Assembly (NCBI GenBank): GCA_032718475.1
Contig: JAUCBJ010006371.1
Location: forward strand, 40,395-104,394
DNA length: 64,000 nt
Reading direction: 5' to 3'
DNA from: Nemertoderma westbladi
Taxonomy: Eukaryota > Animalia > Xenacoelomorpha
Shown here in pieces: positions 53,801 to 64,000 of this stretch. The translations under genes were made by a program, and so were the position numbers. The notes under the pieces were generated by a model. It was not told the origin of the DNA, did no database searches, and saw only the letters and a list, made by a program, of their open reading frames with translations. The stretch's first letter is position 1, and every line of letters starts with the position of its first letter.

Positions 53801-56800
53801 TGTTGATGACATTGGCATTAACGGTTCATAAGGGATGCTGCATGCCTCCGGTGCATCTTGAAAACGAGTACTATAGATTGTAGCATTAGTATCCATACCA
53901 GTGTCTCGTGATTGAGCTGGCGCACCAGTATCACAGCCAGCATTATGGCGTCTTCGTTGTGGATGTGCTACACTGAAATGCTGTTGTGGAAGTCTTTGCC
54001 TGGGTGGTAATAAAATAGTCTTATGCTCTTTAAGATCAGGGGGTGGCTGGGCTTTTCCAATTAAGCAGTGCAATATGTTCAAAGAACTTTCAAGCTCATG
54101 TACAGGAACTTCACGCTTTATAGTAGTGGATTCAATAGCTTTGTTAACCAACACTCTCATTGATGTTTTTAAAGCGCTCTGCATTTCAACCACACTTTCT
54201 TCTTGGCTATCTCGTAAGATAACTTCTGAGAAATGGCTACTTGTTAATAACCCTGTTAAAAACTTCAATATTCCTACTTCAAGGTACATTAACATGAATT
54301 CTTTAATTTCATCCAGAGTGTCAGCTGTTGCTATAAACTTTGTTGAAAAGGGAAATTGCTTAGGCCTCACATCTGAACCATCGTTTTCTTGACTATCTGA
54401 TAGTTTTGACAAATTCTGAGAAATATCTGTAAGAGAAGCATTCATCACTGTCTGTTTAGTTTTGGAACTAAATAATGTAACAAGCATATTTATCATAGGT
54501 GGTGTCATACCTTGGAGATGACTGAAGTCAAATGCAGGGTGTTTTATGATTTCTAGAGATTGCAAAGGTTCATCCACAAACATGCGATTTGAAGAACTAA
54601 CTGATCGGTCATCCCATTGAACTTTTCCGGTAGAAGAACCATGCTTGATAACACCCAACAAAACACCCTCTCTACCAGTATCCCTCTGCATACACCGACA
54701 TCCCGCCTTTAGACCTCTGTCAAGTCCGCCACATAGGGCCAAAACAGGAAAAAGCATCTTCATAAAATTGTCCGTAACATCTGTGGACACTGCCTTTGTT
54801 CCGCGGTCAGTTTCGAAAGTGTCTATGTAAGATACACAGTTGGCCAAACGTTGGATTAATTTATTACAAATAAGGGATGACCATGATTCACTGTGGTTGA
54901 TTAAATCTCGCATAACAGCTATGTAGTGATCAGCAAGTGCAAACATTTTAGGTGAACAATGCGGTTCTCCAGAAATATAATCACTGGGAGATTCTGAGGC
55001 TTCAAAATCGCTAATTTCCACTTTCTCACCAGGAGAGTTGCTGTAAAACATAACACACGGGTACAGAATATCATTGGCCTCTAGATTATCAAAGGCGACT
55101 CTTAAATCTTGATTATTTTTTGCAAAGCTTAAGGTTCTTGCGTTTGTGTCTACCTCAACATGTATGCAATCTCCTTGCGTATAACATGGAAACTGTACAG
55201 GTACACTGATTTCCCCACCATGATACAAATTGCCACTGTAGGCACGATATAACCACATATCATACGTAGACCGGTGACTGTAATCTTGGACAGGGAATCG
55301 GGATACACCAATACAAGTACCTTCATTGCCTGGATTTTCTTTGAGAATGTTAAAGCACCACCGTGACTTACCTGATGGCAGGGGTGTTGCAGTCATACCA
55401 TAGGCCTTGCCAATGGTCGAATGCATAATACAATTACTTGGTTGAATAAGACAATTAACTGACTTATTAGAATCAAAATATGTATGCTGTAACAGATAAT
55501 TTAAACCGTACTCGGAACCGAAGCTATCTATATTAGGGGTCCAGATAGCATGATAGATGCTATCTAAAAGTATGTCCACGAAGTTAGATAATAGAGAATC
55601 ACCACTAGATGAATACATTACTAATTCACCAACTTTCTCAAAGAATAATTGACGCAGCAGATGGGTAGCTAAGAGTTTGGTTCTCAAGAGTTTTACACCA
55701 TTATATGAAGTTTGTCCAATTTTCATGAATAAGTTGATCCACTTACTAGAAGAAAGGCGAGTTTTAAAAACGTTAAACAAATTTGACAATCCAGTTAAAA
55801 ATACTATAAAATTGCCCACAGATTCATCCGAATTCAACACAGTTGTAGCAGTTAAAGTGTGTCGACTCGATTTTGAAGTATTCGTCGGTGGCGTCTTGAT
55901 ATAAGTAATCAAACTTTCCACATGCGTCATCAATAATGTTTCAATAAAATCGATCTGAGCTACATTGTTTGAAGTCTCGTCCAGTAGACCAGAAGTGAAT
56001 ACAACGAGATGGAGGAGAACCTTGGCAACGGCGAGGAGACATGGCAAAGGTTCCAAGGAGGCAGCCATAAAGGGGCTAAGAACCTGCTTATTCATTTCCA
56101 GAGGCAGCCGACAAGATAACAAAACAAGTGGCTTCAATAAACCTACTGAAAACGCTAACTTCACATCTTGGCATTGGTACTTGTATGTAAGTGCGCAAAT
56201 GCAGGCCATTAACATCGGGGTTGAATGCAAAGATGGGTGGTCCTCAAGCTCATTGTCAATAATGTTTGTAATATGTGAAAATATTTTATTAATCGTTGAC
56301 TCTATCAAAAACAAGAACTCTCTTGGGGCGCATTGAATACCAGCCAGGTAATGGCTGTACACAGTCACACCATCTTCTGAGTGCAGTCCGACACTGCTCA
56401 AACCAAAACAGCCATACATGAATTGAAGTTGAGCAGAATCCACCAAGTCATGCAATGAGAGTGTATCATCGTCATCATTTTTAGTCAATTCCCCTTTACT
56501 CAAAATCTTTTCAATTTCTTTAAGTGCATCAAGACGAATTTCCGCTTTGGTACATTGTTCATCAATGGCACTAGCAACTAGCATTACATTAGGTGGGGTA
56601 CCGGCTTCATATTGGCTAGGTTTCTCGAAATAATCTAAATGTGCTAAAGCGAATGTAACAATATTGTTACATATAGCACGGAATATATCGGCTAATGAAT
56701 ACTCAACATTGTTGTCGAAAGAAGTTGTGGATGCGGCATCGCAAATACTGGAGTTGGAAAATTCTTGTGTCAGTAGCTGGTCGGTGGGCAAAATGTGTGG

Positions 56801-59800
56801 CTGAATACACGTGAGTAAGAATATTGATTGGCATGCAGAAAGTCTGCATTGGCTCTCAAAATGGCTGTCACTTTTACTTTCTAAAACATAGAGACTAGCC
56901 AATCGCTGTCTTACAACAAATGCACAATGGTAAACATATAGTAAACATGATGGCAATGGCTTCGAAGAAGACGTGCTAGGCCCATCCACATGACCGCCGT
57001 ATTGCGTTGTATCGGGTATGTAGTAACTTTCACTAGCGACATCAGCCAACCCGGTGTGCATGAGTATGGCAGCGAATACACAACGAGTAGCTCCATCCAA
57101 TAACGTATCAACGGGGAAACACGCCATTGGAGTTTCCATGTTATTATAAGCGTTTAATAGGTTTTGCCAAGATTTCGCTTGGTTTTGCCCAGACAAACAA
57201 ATATCACGATAGATTTGTGGCAACTTGATGGCACTCATGTCTGTACCGCTATCAGAAGCACCAAAGCTCAACGAATCCAAATGTATATTTTGCACATTCT
57301 CGAATTCCTTCACAGCATCGTTAAGGGGTAAACTGAGACCTTTACTAAAGAGACGACATTCCAGCAGTCGGTTCATACAGGTCGGTTCCAGCAGCGAATG
57401 CGTATAGAGTTTACCACGGATTGCTCGACCTACAAGTAGAGAAGTACATTGTTCAAGTTTGTCAAGCCAGGAAAAAAATGAAACATCCACGACTGCATTC
57501 ACTGAATGTCTCATTTGATAGTCGTTACCGTTGAATACGCCAGTTTCTGAAGCCGGACAAAGACATTCATCGAAGCTCAATCCTTGAATCTCATGCAACA
57601 AGGCGGCTCTCTGGTATGCTTCATCTACCCCCATATTGCTGCTGAAAGTGGGTTTACAAATCTCTTCATGGCCTTCATGAACAACTAGGGATTCGATGAC
57701 AATTACACGTTTAAAAACATTGTTGATACAAACTAATAATTCTCCGAATGAAGGTAACAATGGAGCCAATGTGTGAGCAGGCACCAACAGTAAAGACTGT
57801 ACCGCCAATAGTAACAACATTCCACTTGGTGATTCAAATAATATATCGCGTAACTTTCTAACTATTTGAAAGTTGAGCGGCGCTGAAAGTACGCCTAGAG
57901 TAGCGTTATATACAGTGGATGCGTTAATGATAAGCATATGAACGTACTTATGCACCAAACTGCCAGTAGTAGTAGCTAATTGATTTTCCTTAAAAGTAAG
58001 TAAATGACTGGCCATTAGGTGTCTTTGCATATTTAGAAGGAGTTTGTGAATGAGACAAGTTGCGGAATTTGCAGTTTGTAAAAGAACATTGTCATCAAAT
58101 GTTGAGCCGGGGGCAGCAGCGGTGGTTGTGGGATCAATAGCAGGGAGTGAAGATCTACGATCAGTGATTCTTAATCTCAGTCTCTTCACAGTACAAAACG
58201 ACAGGTTTTTTAATAATATTTGCAGCAAACTTTCGGCCAAATCAGAAGTGGTCTCAGAATTAACGCTGGAAACTAGCCCTAAAACGGTAGCAACCTTGTC
58301 GTTGTCTTGAATGCTATTCAGCACCAAATTCAGTTGGGTTATTTGACCGCGAGTCAGCGACGCCCAACCTTGCGGTTCATGGGGTAACAAGCTGTGCAGC
58401 AGTTCCAGACGTTCCTTTACCGGAGGTAACAGAAGCAGAGCGCCAACCGAGAGAACGCTGCTGATATGGTGATGTACCGGTTCGGCGCGTGGCAGATCCA
58501 GCAGGCGGAATAACAGCAGACGTATCGGTGCCGATAAATCGCCGATCACTTGGGAGTTGGCGCTACCGGTGGACGCCAACGAGAGATGACTGCCGAGGAG
58601 ACGGAGAGTTAGCATAGCGAAGCGAGTCTGCTCGTCCGACGAACGGAACACATTGCCTGAGGACTCCGGCTCCGCCAAGGTTGCCCAATATGTCTCCATG
58701 AAGGAGTGCAGCACCCTGAAGGTGTCCCGATGAAGGTCCACGCAGTAGTGTTGGTGTAGGGCGACCACCTGGCGGTCGGACGGCACTGCGGTCCACACTA
58801 TCGTGTGACTAGACCCCGCGGACACCTGTTGCACGTCGACATCCTCGAGACCAATATTTACCTTGGAGGGTTGAGTCACGGGACTCACTGTGTGACCTTG
58901 GCCACATTGACCCATAACGTTGTTTCCCCAAGCAAAAACCTAACAAAAATTCAATAATCTTATTATAAATGTCTATTAAAGAAAAACGTGAATAAAATTA
59001 TATTTGGATAAATGGTATTTCGGGATTCTAGTGCTATTAAGTAGAATAAAAAATCAAAACGCAGTTTTTGAAACATTTCAAAATTTTTTATTTGAATTCA
59101 AGTATAATTGTATTTCGGACATATTGATTGAATGTTTGAACTTTTTGTCATTTGGGACATTTCGTTTTATAACTTGAAAATGAATATAGATCTTCGACAA
59201 CGCCACTTGATTTGTCAACAAGATCGAATGTAAATTGGTCTAAAAAAACAGTTTTTATAGAAGGTTTTGCATTTGAGTCTCTTTGTGGTGCCTTTTATTG
59301 AAAAAAAAACGTCGAATAGAGGCGCCTTTATTCGGCGGCTTATGAATGAGGCAAACAGACCAACCTGAAACGCATCGCTGAGACAAACAACATGACCATC
59401 CCCGCAGGTGATATCGATGACCCTAACACCGTGAAGGACCTCTATGATGCTGGGTTTCAGTCTGATTACTTCGGCTTGGCTGGTCCCCAGACACGGCCCC
59501 CCTCCCCACGAATAGACCTGGCCCGCGGCTGTCAGTGCTAGCGAGTACAGACTGCCAGCACACACCTTTATAACTCCCACACCGGCCAATGTCTCGATAG
59601 GTCTAGGCCGATGTTGTCTGAAACAAATACAATAATAATTGTACCTCCCCTTTCTTTGACACTAACGCCACCCATCCTTGTACAATGTTGTGCATTACGT
59701 GTGTAAAAATCACCGCCTTGTGAAACCTGCCAAACTTTAGTTAAGTAATATTGATGATACACTTCGGGAGATACAGTATACACATTAAATAAAGGGCAAT

Positions 59801-62800
59801 TTACTTGATTATTAGAAGACCATCAGGGCTTCTTGCTGTCAAAAAAAACATCTGTGTGTGTGTGTGTGTGTACGTGTGTGTGTGTGTGTGGGGGTGTGTG
59901 TGTGTGTGTTTGTCTATATGTTTGTACACATTGATATTGGCTTGGAAGGGTAAGAAGTGCTCTACTTCGTGGCCAACTATACAAAGAAATGTATCGATCA
60001 TTTGGGTTCTTATTTCAGTTATTAGTTATTTAAGCTGGTAAAATTTAGCTCATGCTGTATAAAAATTGCACAGGTCGATTCGCCGTGTCCCCTTGATTAA
60101 TTGCCCTGAGACCAGTTTAATTGACCTGACACCAGTTTAATTGCCCTGAGACCAGTTTAATTGCCCTGGGACAAGTTTAATTGCCCTGGGACCAGTTTAA
60201 TTGCCCTGAGACCAGTTTAATTGCCCTGAGACCAGTTTAATGGCCCAGAGACCAGTTTAATTGACCTGAGACCAGTTTAATTGCCCTAAGACTAGTTTAA
60301 TTGCCCTGAGACCATTTTAATTACCCTAAGACCAGTTTAATTGACCTGAGACCAGTTTAATTGCCCGGAGACCAGTTTAATTGCTCTAAGACCAGTTTAA
60401 TTGCCCCGAGACCAGTTTAATTACCCTAAGACCAGTTTAATTAACCTGAGACAAGTTTAATTGCCCTGAGACCAGTTTAATTGCCCTTGAGACCAGTTTA
60501 ATTGCCCTGAGACCAGTTTAATTGCCCTGAGACCAGTTTAATTGCGCTGAGACCAGTTTAATTGCCCTGAGACCAGTTTAATTGCCCTGAGACCAGTTTA
60601 ATTGCCCTTGAGACCAGTTTAATTGCCCTGAGACCAGTTTAATTGCCCTGAGACCAGTTTAATTGCCCTGAGACCAGTTTAATTGCGCTGAGACTAGTTT
60701 AATTGCCCTGAGACCATTTTAATTGCGCTGAGACCAGTTTAATTGCCCTGAGACTAGTTTAATTGCCCTGAGACCAGTTTAATTGCCCTGAGACCAGTTT
60801 AATTGCCCTGAGACCAGTTTAATTGCCCTGAGACCGGTTTAATTGCGCTGAGACTAGTTTAATTGCCCTGAGACCAGTTTAATTGCCCTGAGACCAGTTT
60901 AATTGACATGAGGCCAGTTTAATTGCTCTGAGACCAGTTTAATTACCCTGAGACCAGTTTAATTGCCCTGAGACCAGTTTAATTGCCCTGAGACCGGTTT
61001 AATTGCGCTGAGACTAGTTTAATTGCCCTGAGACCAGTTTAATTGCCCTGAGACCAGTTTAATTGACATGAGACCAGTTTAATTGCCCTGAGACCGGTTT
61101 AATTGCGCTGAGACTAGTTTAATTGCCCTGAGACCAGTTTAATTGCCCTGAGACCAGTTTAATTGACATGAGACCAGTTTAATTGCTCTGAGACCAGTTT
61201 AATTGCCCTGAGACCAGTTTAATTGCCCTGAGACCAGTTTAATTGCCCTGAGACCAGTTTAATTGCCCTGAGACCGGTTTAATTGCGCTGAGACTAGTTT
61301 AATTGTCCTGAGACCAGTTTAATTGCCCTGAGACCAGTTTAATTGACATGAGACCAGTTTAATTGACATGAGACCAGTATAATTGCCCTGAGACCATTTT
61401 AATTGCCCTGAGACCAGTTTAATTGGCCTGAGACCAGAATAATGATTAACTGACCTGTTATTGTCACCGTGACCTAGGCGACCCTGATCACCGCCACCGA
61501 ATGACCATACTGTTCTACCGTCCATTGACACCGCTAAGGTGTGACTAGCACCGCAGGCCACCTGCCCCACTCCAACCAGGTCGTTCACCAGAGTCGGTAA
61601 ACTCTTACTATTAGAGTCACCATGGCCTAATCTACCAGAATCGCCTGAAAAATAATCAATATAAAAAAAACATAACAAAGGAAAGTTGTAGAAATAGGGC
61701 TAGTAACCAAATATCATGGTACCAAATTTATTTGTACTATACATGATAATCAATTCATTTTAATAATTAACAAAGACCTACTGCGCTGTGGCAAGCCACT
61801 AACTCTATCAGCATCTTATCAGCTCACACTTCCTTATCTCAGCAACGGCAGAAATTTGTTTAAATTTGAATGACGGGATGAATTGTCTTGAGAGAGTTAC
61901 ATAGAGAATTACAATTACATTACTCACAAGAGCTTTCGCAAAAAACTGTCAAAGTTTCAAAACTTTTTTGATAGACAAAACCAATTTGGACCTTATCAAA
62001 AACTGCAGAATACTATAATAATATTGGTTCTGAGTATAACGATACCCAACTCACCTTCTCCCCAGGTGTAGAGCATCCCGTCCTCTGTGACCGCAGCCGA
62101 ATGTCTGTAACCCGCACTGATGCACGAAACTACCTTCAACTCTAAAGCGCCTCCGATGAGTTTCGGAACCTTTTGTGTCGTCGAGTTGCCGTGGCCCAGT
62201 TTACCGTAATCACCGTCACCCCAGGAATATACCTGGCCGGTTTCAGATAGAGCTAGTGTATGGCCGTCGGAACCTAGACAAACAAATGGTTCAGATAGAG
62301 CTAGTGTATGTCCGTCGGAACCTAGACAAACAAATGGTTCAGATAGAGTTAGTGTATGTCCGTTGGGAACCTAGACAAACAAATGGTTCAGATAGAGCTA
62401 GTGTATGGCCGTCGGAACCTAGACAAAGAAATGGTTCAGATAGAGCTAGTGTATGTCCGTCGGAACCTAGACAAACAAATGGTTCAGATAGAGTTAGTGT
62501 ATGTCCGTTGGGAACCTAGACAAACAAATGGTTCAGATAGAGCTAGTGTATGGCCGTCGGAACCTAGACAAACAAATGGTTCAGATAGAGCTAGTGTATG
62601 GCGGAACCTAGACAAACAAATGGTTCAGATAGAGCTAGTGTATGGCGGAACCTAGACAAACAAATGGTTCAGATAGAGCTAGTGTATGGCGGAACCTAGA
62701 CAAATAAATGGTTCAGATAGAGATAGTGTATGGCCGTCGGAACCTAAACAAACAAATGGTTCAGATAGAGATAGTGTATGGCCGTCGGAACCTAGACAAA

Positions 62801-64000
62801 CAAATGGTTCAGATAGAGTTAGTGTATGTCCGTTGGGAACCTAGACAAACAAATGGTTCAGATAGAGCTAGTGTATGGCCGTCAGAACCTAGACAAACAA
62901 ATGGTTCAGATAGAGCTAGTGTATGGCGGAACCTAGACAAACAAATGGTTCAGATAGAGATAGTGTATTAGAGACGAATAAATCGTGATTCTAACCCTTG
63001 GAACTGGATATCTTCCTTATGGCTGGCCCGTCTAGGAATGCGAGAGTCTTTGGGGACTGCTGGTTGGTGCTGTCCCCCAGACCAAGTCGACCGTAGGAGC
63101 CCTTCCCGCAGGCCCTCACGGCCCCGTCGTACCCTACCACGAATGTGCAGTATTGCCCGGCCTCTGCGTGACGCGCCCCGTCGAAACTCCCACTCCGTTT
63201 GGGACAGAGAATCTTCTCGATACTCGAGTCGGCGAGTTGGTGGCTGCTGTTGGAGCCCCACACGTAGACGTCGCTGGGGGTCGAACCCGCGGCTTGGACG
63301 CCCGGCTCGGTGCTACAGGTACGCGCGTACATGTTGGCCTGGTCCGCCAGCTCCGAGTGCAGTTGCATCGCGGCGGCGTAGAGCGAACACTCGCTCGAAG
63401 GATCGTCGTTGGGTACGTAACGACTCGACTCCGAGCACCGACCCCCGGACTGTCGGACTTGGATAAATATCTGGGAGAATATTCGGCTCGATATCTGCGA
63501 ATTACATAGGAAATATTATTTTACCTGTCTGCTAAAAGACACAGCCCTTGATAACTCAAATTAATTGGGGAGTTATATGGTTGATCGCGAACTCTGGAGG
63601 TGATGCATCCTAGTGATGTGGACGATGATGTACATGAACCTACCTACATCATGATAATAGGAAAACTAAACCATAAAAAAAAGTAAACAAACTTACCGTA
63701 TTGCCCGCCGATGCATGACTTTTCAGTATCACTTCAATCCATTCTAGAATATAGTGTAGAGAACCTCTGTGACACGCTATACCTAGCAGCAATTCTGCAC
63801 ACAATCGTCGTCCCTGTATCAAATTAATTTAATTTCTCATTAAAATTAACTCACATTGTCACTACAGATCAGAAGTTTAATTAACTATCCCCAACTATTA
63901 ATTAATTATTAAAACTCACCAGATTATCGGCACAGGATGAAGAAACCATCGCAGTTTTGAGGAAGGAGGAGACCTGGTCCAAACAATCTACAGCGATACC
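47822..64000 (-). CDS. HERC1: Giant HECT E3 ubiquitin ligase HERC1 (RLD1, SPRY, UBA, Cys/His-rich segment, WD40, RLD2, HECT); 5' end outside the window
   Basis: Exons 64000-63920, 63813-63697 ([11 protein letters not shown]...[12 protein letters not shown]), 63494-62996 ([12 protein letters not shown]), 62273-62055, 61644-61455, 59617-59365 and 58939-47822. RCC1 repeats, SPRY ([17 protein letters not shown]), and a HECT domain ending [16 protein letters not shown]...IDMDNYML. Confidence 0.93.
59853..59909. repeat. (TG)n microsatellite in a HERC1 intron
   Basis: Directly visible. Confidence 0.9.
60095..61438. repeat. 20-bp minisatellite (AATTGCCCTGAGACCAGTTT), ~65 copies, starting ~15 nt into a HERC1 intron
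   Basis: Directly visible. The donor GT is at 61454-61453. Confidence 0.95.
62242..62968 (-). repeat. 48-bp (44/49-bp variants) minisatellite whose unit spans a HERC1 intron/exon acceptor junction; 15 acceptor copies
   Basis: Sense unit CCATTTGTTTGTCTAG|GTTCCGACGGCCATACACTAGCTCTATCTGAA. The last unit is the true exon start ([11 protein letters not shown]) at 62273. Confidence 0.95.

Noticed and set aside
60095-61438. Resemblance of the 20-bp unit (TAAACTGGTCTCAGGGCAAT) to the KLGHGN codons of the upstream HERC1 exon (~62185-62205)
   Set aside because: Needs a gap and several mismatches over ~21 nt; plausible by chance once unit rotations are allowed.
1-62968. CRISPR-like appearance of 30-48-bp repeats
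   Set aside because: Units are directly adjacent with no unique spacers, there are no cas genes, and the context is eukaryotic.
63525-63645. Possible extra HERC1 exon followed by a 30-nt intron
   Set aside because: Its end phase is incompatible with the acceptor at 63495, and direct splicing 63697 to 63494 already gives a HERC1-like sequence.

Overview
Intron-containing eukaryotic DNA, most likely from an invertebrate metazoan; the species cannot be determined from the sequence. Five protein-coding genes can be reconstructed with GT-AG junctions. On +: the 3' end of a PARP4/vault-PARP gene and an intronless SEPT6-group septin. On -: a two-exon ANKRD50, a six-exon secreted astacin metalloprotease missed by the ORF track, and most of HERC1 with an 11.1-kb terminal exon. 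Non-coding DNA holds large minisatellites, non-autonomous DNA transposons (piggyBac-like, PIF/Harbinger-like, Helentron-like), tRNA-derived SINEs and a long palindrome. Four observations stand out. (1) The variable linker exon of PARP4 carries an in-frame 57-aa actin fragment with a perfectly preserved D-loop, plus weaker 14-3-3-, CHMP4/Snf7- and WASP-acidic-like segments, suggesting an 'integrated decoy/bait' region in an animal ADP-ribosyltransferase. (2) Two minisatellites are tandem amplifications of exon-intron junctions: roughly 130 copies of a splice donor in ANKRD50 and 15 copies of a splice acceptor in HERC1. (3) An element bounded by inverted repeats contains a tRNA-like Pol III promoter fused to a hammerhead ribozyme. 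(4) The astacin prodomain contains an antistasin-like module. All homology calls are by-eye recognition, not database searches.
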